Positions 27,394 to 57,515 of a DNA stretch of 64,000 nt are shown here, piece by piece. The notes beneath the pieces were generated by a model that made no database searches, was not told the origin of the DNA, and saw only the letters and a program-made list of their open reading frames with translations. Each line of letters opens with the position of its first letter. Position 1 is the stretch's first letter. Position numbers and translations under genes: made by a program. Origin of the DNA: Paraspadella gotoi (taxonomy: Eukaryota > Animalia > Chaetognatha); assembly GCA_051294375.1 (NCBI GenBank), contig CM119267.1, forward strand, positions 8,102,683 through 8,166,682, read 5' to 3'.

Positions 27394-30300
27394 TTTTCTG
27401 TGTGTCAGTTTTTGACCCCTCTTTGTCTCAACATATCTTTTCCCACACCGGGGAGGAGTCGAAATAGAGGCGCCCCGATTTGTAAACGTGTTTGGATTCG
27501 TTTTCCTGAATAGATTTTATCAATGACGCTGAAATTATCAGAGAAAATACACATAAATGAGAGAGAGATGGAGATAAAGATAGATGGAGACGGAGAGAGA
27601 TCCGTAGATCGATGATTATTAGGTGATAAAGATTTTCCCCAATGGATTCTCTGAGTTATTTTCTTAGTCTTTTTTTCGATTTCACTTTGGTATATATTTT
27701 TTGTTTTAAAATTCGTCGCAATTATGATTAGAAAATGATTTCAGAGAACAATTGTGTACATTGAACAGAATTTATGAATAATAAACTGCAATTAACCACG
27801 AATTAATAAGGAGGCTAACGTGCAATACACAAATCAAATTCGATCTTTTTTCCCCTTTCTTTTTTATTTGCCAATTGGTTTTCACGTCTTCCTTAAAAAT
27901 TCTTTATTTCTCAAGTACTTTTTTATTCCTGGTCCGTCTAATTTCTATGGGAAACTAAGAAAGCCAGACTGAATTTGTTTTTTTTTCGAGTTCCGCCGTT
28001 TTATTTTTTTACATCGCGGACCCCGATTGCCGGAAGGGCGAAAGATAAAAGGACAAAAGCGAATAAAGTCCCACTATAAGACTATATAAGTATATTCCTG
28101 TTAAGTTGTCGGGATTTAATCAATATGTAAAATAATAATTTAGACTTTTGTAATCGATTGATCGAGGGACAATTGCATTTAAGAACCTAACCTTCCAAAC
28201 CGACGTATCGATCGACCGAGAGACGAACCGACCGACAGAACCTTAATGTCTCGAGGCAAAAATAAAAAACCGCGAGGATTCGGTTCAACTGATTTTTCTT
28301 TTTCAATCGCCTTTTCAGCTTCTTTTTTTCTTTCTTTCTGCTCCGCTCGGTTTCGTTCGGATGGACAACGATAAAGGCGACGTCAGGATTTTTTGGGAAA
28401 ACTTTTTTTGCGTCAAGAGGCAAAAAAAAAAAACAGGACGGAATCATTTTTGACGTGAGATGAACAAAAACTTGCGTAATCGAGTTTTTATGTACTAATA
28501 TTTTTAGAAATTCGCCTATTTTTGATAATTAATTAGTCGACAATTTCTTAGTATTTCTAATCACTCTTAATCATCGTGAAGGGGCATCGAAGTGATCGAA
28601 GAAATCGACGACGATAACGACGACGACGACGACGAAGACGACGACCCCCAATTATCCACCAAAGATCCCCCTCTCCCGAATCACCCGCCCCTCCCCTAAC
28701 CTCTATCACCTTCACAATATTAGTCGAATCCTTCAGAAAACTCTCCGGCCAGTCCAGACACGTCGGCCCTCCAGCGTGTCGTGGGAGATCACGACCGCGA
28801 TGATGAGGATGACGACGATGATGACGAGGCGGAAGAGCGAGGGATCATCCGGAGTCCGAACAAAATCGTAAACACATCGCCCTAAAGCCTCGAAGCCTCA
28901 AAGCCCTGGCGAGAAAATATGTTCGAGAAGAGGAGAGAGATTTATGCGGTATTAGGATGAGTCGTAAAACGGAGGTCCTTGTAAATCGAGTAGAAAACGC
29001 GTTTCATGATTATTTGCCGAATTCGAGCTTCTTATCTCGTTTTAACCATTTATTTTTCTTTTCTCTTATCTCATTCTCCAGACAAAGTTCTTGGAACTAC
29101 GTAGATATTTTTTTTTCTCTTTCGCAATCGGGAAATCTTTTTGAAAATTAACAAAGAATGATGCAACGTCAGAGTTTTTGGATTCAAAAAAAAAATTAAC
29201 ATTTAGTAACAAAAAATTCTTAATTGAATTTAAAAAAGTGAATTTATATTACTTGTAAATCCCACTACGAATCGTTTAATACCAATTTATAGTTTCATGC
29301 ACATGTGATGTCGAATCAACAACTAATAAGTATTTAACAATTTGATCGCAAATGCCGAAACAAAGAATTTCCTCGAGTTAATCATAAATGCTGTCATTGC
29401 GGTGCCCTGCCCCAACACGGCCAACCCCCCTCCAATCTCCCCCTCAGCTTCGACCTTCATCGCCGCATCTGGAGCCCGGTAGGGTCACCAGGGGCGCCCG
29501 GCGGGTCCCGACGTCCCTCGATTGTGGCTTAAAAGCCCGCGGCGTGGCACAAACCGACCGCAAAGGGGGAAAGGCTGGATCGCCCGGCGCTTTTTAGGGC
29601 CGAGACTAAATTTTGTTGTTTATATTTGAAAAGAAAGATGAAAGAGACTCTGTTGGAGAGAAAAAGGGAGAGAGGGACCGAGGTGAGTGAATGTTTTGTC
29701 AGGTGAGAGCGAGGTCGACAGGAAAGGGAAGTTCAAGCGGTTTTGTTATATCTCTTCTCAATAATCACGCGAAAGTAAACGAAAAAAGCTGCCGTAACAA
29801 TATATTTACGAAAATCTAGGGTCCTGGTTCGAGGTACGTATTTATTTTCAAATGATGACTTCAGCTCAAGACCAAACATTTTCAGAACAAATTGATGCCG
29901 ATTTTCTTCGATGGTTAGACCTCCCGGGGACGGACAAATTCTGACCGAAGAAATTCCTCTCTTCTTCGGTCAGAAAACGTTCATCACGACTCGTATTTTT
30001 CGTCGGAAACTTTCCGTCTGCTCTCTAATTGTTGGTTATAGATAATTATCCACCGGCTTGACGATAGATTAGCGGCGACGTCCTTGTCTTTTTTCGACGT
30101 GAGATTCGCCGAGACTCTTCCTTAAATATTTCGTTGGGAAATGTTGAACACGAATCGCTCAATAGTAAATGTAGCTTTAACGTCTCGAGAAGGAGTCTTG
30201 CCAACGGGTTCACACATTAGGTAATAGGTATTCTCGACGATTCTTTTTTGTGAAGCCTTTCGAGAGAACTGGTCAAAATACATGAATAAAAATTGAATAT

Positions 30301-30873
30301 GTATTTGAAGAAAAACAGAACATTTATGATTAATCAAAATGCTTTTAAAATTTAGGTATTTTTAACATGAGTAAGGGCTTCCGTTTTTTTTTTACTTCTC
30401 ATTCTTATCCATTCTAGAATCTAAGATGAAACTTGAATAATTATATGAAATTGCTCCTATCGATAACTCTCTTCCGCTTGTGGGCGTGGCTGTCATCGGT
30501 ACCCGACGCTAAACAAGGACCGAATCGTTCAAAACTCAATTTTTTTCCTTTTGAAAGGAAAAGAGGCTGCGGCGGCCGTCGACCGAAGGCGCCCCTCCGA
30601 GATCTCTCTCCCGCCTGCCCCCCCTCTTTCCCTGCGAGAAGAAGAGACGTCAAGAAAGAATTTCATGACGGAAGAAAGAAAAGACGCGAAACAAAACGAA
30701 ATGGCGCCGAAAAAAAAATGGCGTCGATGCAAATGAAGACGAATCGATCGACCGACGTCTTTGGGAGCGAAGAAGGGCGAAAGAGAATGAGGGAGAAAGC
30801 GTGACAACTTTTAAAAATTTCTTTTATTTTGTAAGGAAAATAGAGAGAGAGAGGAGAGCGAGAGAGAGAGGAT

Positions 30874-30926
<53 letters not shown>

Positions 30927-31035
30927 TTGAGTGTGACCCCGCTAACTTGTTTCCGTGCCATTTGAATTTCTTTATGTAGTTTTTACTACGACGATCACTG
31001 TTTCCCCTGCCACACTCGCCTCTCTCCTCTCTCTC

Positions 31036-31082
<47 letters not shown>

Positions 31083-31124
31083 TCTCTCTCCTCTCCCTCT
31101 TCTCTCTCTATCTCTCTTCGTTTA

Positions 31125-32935
31125 GCTGTGTGTCGCAAACGAATAAGTATCCGCGTCGACCTCTCTACCTGACCCTGAGTTCTATGGTGAGAAAGATGAT
31201 CAAGAAGAGAATAAAAAAGAAAGAGAAGCGAAAAGAAGATGTGAACGAAGATTAAAAGAACAAAACATTGTAAAAACCCTTTTAAAACCGCATTTGCCTT
31301 AATTTAATGTGACGCCGAAAACGAGGCTCGTATTTTCTGAGTCTAGAAAACGATCAACCGGAAAATCACTCAAAACCTACGGCCGAAAAAAAAAATCGCG
31401 AAGGATGAAAATTCTTTTTAATCCAGTGGACGAAAAAAAAAAAAAAAATAAGACGACTCATTTACTCGACGGCGCTGAAGGGGAGTTGATGTTAAGCAGG
31501 AGAGAACGAAGGGTTTTCTTTAAATTTCTTTCCTTTGGTTAACGACAATTCTGCCTCGCGTGTCTTAGCTTAATTTCAACTTTCTCATTTTCTCAACTTT
31601 AAATATGTAGTGCCATTCAGTTAAAAACCCCGCGAACGAGAAATCATCACCACGACTGGTCCTCTACCCGTCTCTCTCTCGCTCTCTCTCTTTCTTTTCT
31701 CCCTATCTGACTCCCTCTCTCTCGTTTTGAAGCCAGATGTGAAGCGGATATTTTTTGACAGATTTCTTTCCCTTGATGGAATGGAAGTGGGAGAAAGTGC
31801 AATAAATCATGAAAGTAACGACGGCGACGACGACGACGACGACGACGCCGACGATGCCGNNNNNNNNNNNNNNNNNNNNNNNNNTTTTCCCTTTTTTTTT
31901 TGGGGGGGCCGCCCTTTTTTAAATTCCGTCAGGGAGATTAGCTGCGTCAACGTGTCTTCTCATCTCTCTCTCTACTCGCTCTCTCTCTCTCTCTCTCTCT
32001 CGTCTCTCTCTCCTCTCTCTCTCTCTCTCTACTCTATCCTCCTCTTCCTCCATCGCCGGAGAATAAAAACGTAAAAAAAAAAAAAGAAAATTCCCGAGTG
32101 ACTCGCTGAGTCGGGGAGTTGGTGGCAAGGAAGGCGAAACGCCGAAGAGCGCGCATCTGTCGCCGTCGATCGTCGTCGTCGTCGTCGCGTCGTTAACTTT
32201 CATGATTTCATGCGCACTATTCTCCCACTTCCATATCCATCAAGGGAAAGAAAATCTGTCAAAATATCCCGCTTCACATCTGGCTTCAAACGAAGAGAGA
32301 GGGAGTCAGATTAGGGAGAAAAGAAAGAGAGAGAGCTGAGAAGAGAGACCGGGTAGCAAAGGACCAGTCGTGGTGATGATTTCTCGTTCGCGGGTATCTT
32401 ATTGTCTAACTGATGGCATACAATTTAAAGTTGAACGAAAATGAGAAAAGTTGAAAATTCAAGCTAAGACACGCGAGCGCAGAATTTGTCGTTAACCAAA
32501 GAGAAAGAATTTAAAGAAAACCCTTCGTTCTCTCCTGCCTTAAACATCAACCCCCTTCAGCGCCCGTCGAGTAAATATGAGTCGTCTTAAATTTTTTTTT
32601 TTTTTTCGTCCATGGATAAAGAAGAATTTTCATCCTTCGCGATTTTTTTTTTCGGCCGTAGGTTTGAGTGATTATTCCGTTGATCGTTTTAGACTCAGAA
32701 AAAATAACGAGCCTCGTTTTCGGCCGTCAAAATTAAATTAGGAAATGCGGTTTTAAAAGGGTATTTTTACAATGTTTGTTCTTTTTAATCTTCGGTTCAC
32801 ATCTCTTTTCGCTTCTCTTTCATTTTTTATTCTCTTCATTGATCATCTTTCTCACCATAGAACTCAGGGTCAGGTAGAGAGGTCGACGCGGGAATACTGA
32901 TCGGTTTGCGACACAAACAGCTAAGACAGGGAGAC
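31125..32935. repeat. Inverted duplication around the 25-N gap at 31860-31884 (probable mis-oriented contig)
   Basis: ~32150-32930 is the reverse complement of ~31125-31860. The second copy of this locus (43400-43790) joins the 31.8-kb sequence to rc(31885-32200) and then to the 33047 sequence with no inversion. Confidence 0.8.
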
Positions 32936-33046
32936 GAGAGAGGCAGAGGGAGGAGGAGTGAGCAGGAATGCTGAGAGTGCAGAAGCCGGGGGTCAGAGAG
33001 CAAGGAACCAGCAGGAGAGAGAGAGAGGAGGATGAGAGAGATGACC

Positions 33047-50632
<17,586 letters not shown>

Positions 50633-51115
50633 AAGAGAGAGAGTCAACAATTCGCAGCCACATTTTTCTTTTTTTATCCCTCGTGCCATTTTACATTCGA
50701 CTGCTCTCTTCCACTGAATTGGCAATGAGTGGTCGTAGAAAAAGATTTTTCTGTTTCAGAGCGAGGATATCATTAAGCACGAAATGTCACCGGAAACCAT
50801 TTTTTTTTATCGAATCAGACAATTTTCAACGAACTCAACAATATTTTGCGACAAGTCCGTATTATTTCTATTGCCCATCTATTTAATCTCAGTAAATGAT
50901 TAAAATGATAGTATTTAAAAAATATTGTTTTTAATAAAGCTAAGAACATGCCTATATACTACGCATAAAACAAGATATATTCTAAAAATAGAATAAAGAA
51001 ACCGAACACCCGCGTGGCCATCAATAAAACATAAATAGAAAAAATAGATAGTGGTAGGCAAGAATATGGTAATAAAGTAAACTAAATGTATCTATTAACA
51101 GAATTTAAGTAAAGT

Positions 51116-51545
51116 CTAAACATCTACGACAATGTCTTTCCCAACATCCACGTCGGGCCTTTCGGCTGCCCCTTGATTAAGGACGGCTTCAGAAGCTTTG
51201 TGCAAGAGACTGGAGTCCCTGAGGATGCTGCGTTGAGTGTGGTCTTTGATCATCGCCGGACACACGATGATCTCTTGAAGGCTGGAAGGTCCCGTCCACT
51301 TGGCTTCTATGCCTTCGCCGATCTCGGCCAACAATAGGATGTGACCTGTGGTAAACAAGAACGAGTCTTTAGAGGGAGATGCTTTTCTTTTCGTGCAAAG
51401 TGAGTTAAAGACCAATACCGGGTTGGTACAGTTTCGGTTCCTCCTTCAGCGAGATTCTCACGTTGGCTTGATGATTTGGATCGTTGAGCAAAATTGACGT
51501 AAGTTCGCCTATAAACATTGGATTTATTAGATTCCATCATGTTGC
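51116..51545 (-). CDS. DAGLB: Diacylglycerol lipase (DAGL-beta-like), last exon with catalytic His; 5' boundary approximate
   Basis: LFTTGHILLL and EIIVCPAMIKDH match the DAGL LYPPGRIIHL and EVIISPAMxxxH motifs. Stop codon at 51116-51118. At least one frameshift and no clean acceptor, probably sequencing errors. Confidence 0.75.
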
Positions 51546-51595
51546 AACATGAAAAAACCAAGCCAAAAAAAAAAATTAAGAAAACCAACTCTCAC

Positions 51596-52022
51596 TATCT
51601 TGAGGGAGTTCCAACGCGTCGTCGCCGATTCCTGCCAATTTAGTCGTCAACGTTTCTTGCAATCCTTTCTGCGAGTCCATTTGTAACGCCTCCGTTGCCG
51701 AAGGCATCTGCCGATCGAGCATCTTTTCTCGCTCCTCCTCAATACTTTCCTTCCGTTCCTCTTTCACTTCCTCTCCCTCCCTCGATTCTTCCTCTCCTTT
51801 CTCCTCGACCACCCCGGCCTCTTCCTCCTCGTCGTCCCTCGGTTCCACAGTGACGAGGCTGTGCCCACCGCGGCAGCAGAGATCCCGCAAGGCGGCGCAG
51901 AGGCCCCGGGAAATAATGCGATACTTTGGTTCTTTGGAGGTGCGAATTTCTTGGACGATTTCAGACTTGAGTTGGACAAAGGATTGATAACTGAGGCGGG
52001 TGATGATATCGTTTGCCGACGA
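51596..52022 (-). CDS. DAGLB: DAGL-like exon 3 with catalytic Asp
   Basis: Acceptor ttattcag| then (I)VG[N]DIITRLSYQSFVQLKSEIVQEIRTSKEPKYRII, matching the DAGL VVGKDxVPRL...PKWRI region. Needs removal of one A from GGCAAACGAT. Putative donor A|GTGAGA at 51595. Confidence 0.75.
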
Positions 52023-52064
52023 CTGAATAAGAAGAGAGAGAGGAGAGAAGAGAGAAGAGAGAGA

Positions 52065-52099
<35 letters not shown>

Positions 52100-52342
52100 G
52101 AAGAAAAGAGAGAGCAAAGACTTTTCAGTTACAAAGAGCATCTCACCCATCCGTAATTTTCGCTTCGTCTCACTCTCAACCAACCCTTCTTGCCTTTGGT
52201 CAAGCATACAAATTACACAATACTCATGGCATTGTGTCCGTTTGTACATATATCATTTTGTGCCGTTGTTTTTTTTTACCAAAAGTTCAGGATCAACGAT
52301 ATCGCGAGAGACATATGGCATGTAGAACATGCGTCAACTCAC

Positions 52343-53363
52343 TTATGCTAAGAACGCATTCCTTTGACAGCTGAACGGCTTTTTCGCTCATCAAACCCCC
52401 TGGCGGAGAAAAGGCGAAGCAGCGAATCTCCGGCGCCGTCGCCCGTCGCTCCGGCGCCTCGTAAAATCTCTTGAGCTTCATGGCAAGAATTGGGGCGACG
52501 CCGCCGCCCAGCGAATGCCCCGTCAGCGTCACGGCGTAGTCCTTTCGATCGCCCGATCGCAGCCTCTCGAGGACGCGATGGCCGACGAGCAACTGGAAGA
52601 TCCTGGCGGCGTTGGTAGCGATGCCGGTGTGGCCCACCAGATCTTCGTCCACGTCGACCTCGTCGGGAAACAACGGGGTCGTCGTCATGACAACGTCGCA
52701 GAGGGCGTCGGCGAAGGAGAGACTCCCACGGACGGCGACGACGATGGACCGAGCGTCGTCGTCGACGGCGACGATGAAAGGCGCCATGTAGATGTCGTTC
52801 GGGAAATGACAGAGAGCGAGACGAACGCCGGGTAGTTCGATCATGGCGCGGAGTCCTGCCACGTCGCAGCTGCAACAGTCCGCGTCGACGACCACTGGCA
52901 AAGAGAGGTCGGTAAAATCCGCCTCCTCCAACGTGGAGCGGCGTTGACCGGCGCAGCAGCAGCCCCGTCGCAGAAGCCTGCAGCCGCCGCAGCAGGGATC
53001 CAGCGCCGTCAATAGAACCGGCCAGTTGTAGCTGGCGATGGCGTATTTAGAGAATCTGGCCACGTTGGCCGGGGTCATCCAAGGGAGAGGAAGGGGGCGG
53101 GTTGTGGATTCTCTCGGAAGGGAGGGTCGTTTCTCTTGCAGATGGTCGAGTTGGCGGCGTCTTTGTTTACTTGCGACGAGGATGAGACCCGCGGCGACGT
53201 CGCTGAAGATGATGTCGTCCTCCACGTCGAACATCTCCGTCATCATGGCGGCGACGTCTCGAAGAGTGCGATCGCTCTCGGCGGAGAAGTCGAGGAAGGA
53301 GCAGCAGACGAGTTGGAGACAAGTCCAGTAGGATTTCGTCCGGTCAATTTCCAACATTATTTC
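52343..53363 (-). CDS. DAGLB: DAGL-like exon 2, lipase class 3 domain with the nucleophile elbow
   Basis: ORF contains SDVAAGLILV, PFIVAVDDDARSIVVAVRGSLSFADALCD, GHTG, TGHSLGGG and CFAFSPPGGLMS. Acceptor ttccag|GAA, donor A|GTGAGT. Confidence 0.93.
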
Positions 53364-53787
53364 CTGGAAAGTTGAGGAACAAGATGATTCACGATTGATG
53401 AGATTTCTCCTGGGTTTTCTAAATTTTTCTTTAAATAATTCCTTGGAGTTACAATACCTCTTTAGATTTTTCTTTCAAAGCATCTTTTTTGTCATTTTAT
53501 CAATATGTAAATACTATATTCTCAATAACTTTTCCGACTTTTTTTTTAGATCGAGAATCAGGCGCCGTTTCCTGGTGTCTTTTTTCTACGTTCCCAAATT
53601 TTGATATTTTGAGAATTTTGGCATGCAGAGCTCGCCAATTATTGGGTCATGCTATGCGTGTATCTGCATTGTGAAATTGATTGTATTAGATTGATAATGT
53701 GATATTGAGAGAGATTGATTGAATAAACTCGGTTTATTTTTTTGGTTAATTCGTTATATGTTGTTGTTGTAGATGTTGTTATCTTAC

Positions 53788-54453
53788 CTTCCCTCTCTCT
53801 CCTCCTTCCCATCATGCTCTCTTCAGCCTCTTCGTCTTCCTCCCTCTCCTCCTCTTCCCCAACGGATCGTAGATACAAGCAACACCACCGGCGTCTGCAT
53901 CGTCAACAGAAAACCAAAGACGACCCGGCTACGCAGACACGCCCACGATTCCCGGACACGCAGATCCCGGCGCTGCGACTCCGGAAACGCCGACGGCTAC
54001 GGCGCCGAAAATGGCGAGGAACAACTCGACGATCACCAGCGCCGCCCGCGTCGCCACGAAGGGGGAGATGCGACGCCGCGCGCCGGGTGCCGTCATGGTT
54101 CCACGCGAGGAAAGGACGGCGATGATGACGGAGTCGATAAGGACGAGCGAATGCAGCGCCACTGACGCCAGGAGAAAGGCGTCGACGAGGCGGTAGGAGG
54201 TGCCGCAGACAAAAGGGGAGGATAAAGACGCAGCGGAGGCGACGGACGTGACGTTGGACGCGTCATTGGAGGAGGAGGTCGAGTCGGTGACGTTGGGCGA
54301 AGGGCGGGAGGCGGAAGCGGAAACGACGGCGGCGTAGGCGGCGGAGACGCCGGCCAACCAGAGAGCGCGAAGGACGATTTCGCAGATGGCGGGAAAAATG
54401 AGGATGTCGGTGGCCAGGCGCCAACGCCGACCGAACAGGCGCGTGCTCGGCAT
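53788..54453 (-). CDS. DAGLB: DAGL-like exon 1, N-terminal transmembrane region
   Basis: MPSTRLFGRRWRLATDILIFPA matches the DAGL N-terminus, followed by SSRGTM...RRRI, hydrophobic helices, and YDPLG in a shifted frame near 53860. Donor GTAAG at 53787. Frameshifts in the 3' part are likely sequencing errors. Confidence 0.85.
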
Positions 54454-54687
54454 TGGTTAGACGTTGTGCAACTGCCGAATATATTAACATTATTTGAGGC
54501 ATTTTGTCCTTAACTCCTTTCAAATATAATTATTGAAAATATTTTTTTAAGAATGGATTATAATTATTATCCTTGACATAAAGAGTGTTTTCCGTAAACT
54601 AACATTTTNNNNNNNNNNNNNNNNNNNNNNNNNTATTATATTTAAAAAGTTACGAAATGTTTAGTTTACGGAAAACACTCTTTATGC

Positions 54688-54955
54688 CAGGATTCTGGTG
54701 GTCTATCACCACAGATGGATTTAAGCTGTTCTTTCACAGCGCGTCAGTGGCTCAGTGGACTAATGCACATCCCATGTGGTTCCCTGTCACCCTGAGGTTG
54801 TCAGTAGAAAGTGGGATGGACCGGCGTAACCCGCCTGTAGGCATGGGCCTACTGCCAGATCCAAAAGCTCTGACTTACAGAACATGCCTGTCCTCGCTGT
54901 CGCCACGAGGTGACACGCTGCGGGTGTGGCCCTGTAAAACCAGCCTCTTCAGGAT
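54688..54955 (+). mobile_element. Short twister-ribozyme-bearing insertion (copy A) with CAGGAT target-site duplication
   Basis: The empty site in the other copy reads (rc of 54560-54585) CTCTTTATGTCAAGGATAATAATT. Here CAGGAT occurs at 54688-54693 and 54950-54955 around 256 bp of GC-richer structured sequence. A-box-like TGGCTCAGTGG at 54748-54758. Confidence 0.85.
54798..54880 (+). ncRNA. Putative twister ribozyme, circularly permuted type P5
   Basis: P5 UUGUCAGU/ACUUACAG; AGAAA; P2 3' GUGG; GAU-GG; closed short P1 region; UAA with predicted scissile U54827|A54828; CCC; GC; P3 GUAGGC/GCCUAC; P4 CAGA/UCUG with loop UCCAAAAGC. There are 1-nt deviations in P2, L4 and the P3-P4 joiner, in a noisy-sequence region. 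Confidence 0.7.
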
Positions 54956-57444
54956 AATAATTATAATCCATTCTTAAAAAAATATTTTCAATAATTAATT
55001 TGAAAGAGTTTAAGCGACAAAATTGCTCAAATAATGTTAATATATTCGGCAGTTGCACAACGTCTAACCATTTGCGAGCACGCGCCTGCTTCGGTCTGGC
55101 GTTGGCGCCTGGCCACCGACATTCCTCATTTTTCCCGCCATCTGCGAAATCGTCCTTCGGCTCTCTGGTTGAGCCGGCGCTCTCCGCCGCCTTACGGAAC
55201 CGCCGTCGTTTCCGCTTCCGCCTCCCGCCCTTCGCCCAACGTCACCGACTCGGACCTCCTCCTCCAATGACGGTCCAACGTCACGTCCGGTTCGCCTCCG
55301 CTGCTCTTTATCCTCCCCTTTTGTCTGCGGCAACCTCCTACCGCCTCGTCGACGCCTTTCTCCTGGCGTCAGTGGCCTGCATTCGCTCGTCCGTTATCGA
55401 CTCGTCATCATCCGCCGTCCGTTCCTCGCGGTGGAACCATGAGGCAACCGCGGCGCCGGGTCGCTCTTCCCCCCTTTCGTGGCGGACGCGGGCGCGCTGG
55501 TGATCTCGAGTTGTTCCCGCCATTCGGCGCCAGTGCCGGTCCGCGTTTCCGGAATCGCAGCGCCGGGTCTGCGTGTTCGGGAATCGTGGGGTGTCTGCGT
55601 TAGCCCCGGGTCGTCTTTGGTTTTCTGTGACGATGCAGACGCCGGTTGGTGTTGCTTGTATGCTACGATTCCGTTGGCGGAAGAGGAAGATGAGGAGGAA
55701 GACGAAGAGGCTGAAGGAGAGCATGATGGGAAGGAGGAGGAGGAGGGAGGTAAGATAACAACATCTACACAACAACAAATAACGAATTAACCAAAAAAAT
55801 AAACCGAGTTATTCAATCAAATCTCTTCACATATCACATTATCAATCTAATACAATCAATTTCACAATCAGATACACGCATTAGGCATTGGACCCAATAA
55901 TTGGCAAGCTGCTCTGCATGCCAAAATTCTCCATATCAAATTTGGGCAAACGTAGAAAAAAGACACAGGGAAACGGCGGCCTGATTCTCGATTCTAAAAA
56001 AAAAGTGCGGAAAAGTTATTGAGAATATAGTATTTAATATGTAAAAATGACAAAAAAGATCTTTTTGAAAAAAAAATCTAAAGAGGTATTGTAACTCCAA
56101 GGAATTATTTAAAAAAATTTAGAAAACCCAGGAGAAATCTCAAATAATCGTGATCATCTTGTTCTCAACTTTCAGGAAATAATGTTGGAAATTGACCTGA
56201 CGAAATCCTTACTGGACTTGTCTCCAACTCGTCTGCTGCCTCTTCCTCGACTTCTCTTTTCATATGATGAAGTAATAGCAAACGAAACTGACAGCTTAAA
56301 AAATTATTTTTGAAACCACTCTGGTCTATCATGCAGGTTCCGAAGAACCAGCACAAATTGAACAAATAAACGAAAGATCTTCACAACAAAATAGCATCGA
56401 AAATTTTGAGAATAATTCCTTTTTTTGTTTATTCAATTATATTGTATTATGGTAAATATTTTTAAAATAGACGAGTTCTAAAGAAAATTTTTTAATAAAC
56501 AACTTGTTCGAGATCGAGCGCAGCTTTTTTTTTATCTCCTTCACGAACCTCACTCTCTCATTGGTCGAATTCTTCGGTCGAAGCAGAAATTGAATTAAGA
56601 AAAAAGAATTTGGGAAAGAAAAGCGAAACTATCAAAACATTCTCGAAAAGTAAAAAAAAAATTTTCTGCTTTTCGACTCTTTAACTTTCCTAATGAGAAT
56701 TAAGCGATAAATATCTGGTTTAGTGAACGGAATAATTCACGAATGTTGCGATTGAAGCATTGTGAGATTCTTTCTCACGCTAGCGATATCGAGTTCGAGT
56801 TTCGCCCGTTTTGGATGTTTTAACGTGAGATTTCCGACAAGTAAATAAAACGACAAGAAATGAGTTTTAATTATTTTTTCTTTATTATGTTGATACGGAA
56901 ACTCGTGAAAACAGAGTTTCCAAGCGGACGAATGAGTTACACGAATATTTTTATGGAACTAAAAAAGATTGGGAAATTTCTCTCGACTTTGAGAAGAAAC
57001 CATCTGAAAATTTAAGGTCAATTGGTCAAATATGAGGCAACATCTTTCACAAGCACGAAAGCATCGGGTAAACAAAAAAATTTTGAACGATCCATCTCTC
57101 TAAAATTATTCATTTAATTTTTTTTTATTACCAAATAGTAAAATATTAAAAAGATAAGACAGTTATTCATTTCATGAGCCCGACGTTTCATAGTCGTCAT
57201 CGGTTTTGTTTATCCGCTTAGTTGCAAATTTTATCTGAGAGGATGAAATTTGCAATTCCTCCCAGTTCATGGATTTGAAAACAAAATGATGTCCAGTGAA
57301 AATTATACGATCTAATTTGTCGATTAGTTTTTTTGTTTTTGTGAGATAACTGTTGTTATAAAAACGAAAACGACCGTCTTAAAAAGAAAATGAAGGGCGA
57401 GGGGAGAATGAGCTAGAGAGACGGAGAGAGAGAGAGAGAGAGAG

Positions 57445-57515
<71 letters not shown>

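Larger units (their letters stand above)
54640..56252 (+). pseudogene. Inverted, frameshifted partial copy of DAGL (upstream region, exon 1, intron 1, start of exon 2); alternative haplotype or partial duplicate
   Basis: Reverse complement of ~53283-54608, next to the 25-N gap at 54609-54633. Many indels, and a 262-bp insertion absent from the other copy. Confidence 0.75.

Noticed and set aside
29390-29600. GC-rich island with GGGTCCCGACGTCCC resembling twister P4/L4
   Set aside because: No correctly spaced UAA-P2-GC or GAN-NN strands on either strand.
54885-54915. HDV-like ribozyme (CCTCGC / CACCTCGTGG motifs)
   Set aside because: The segment forms a simple hairpin, and P1/P1.1/P2 nested pseudoknot partners and J4/2 could not be assigned.
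54920-54955. Hammerhead ribozyme core (CUGAAGA on the minus strand)
   Set aside because: No GAAA after a stem II and no stem III/NUH arrangement.
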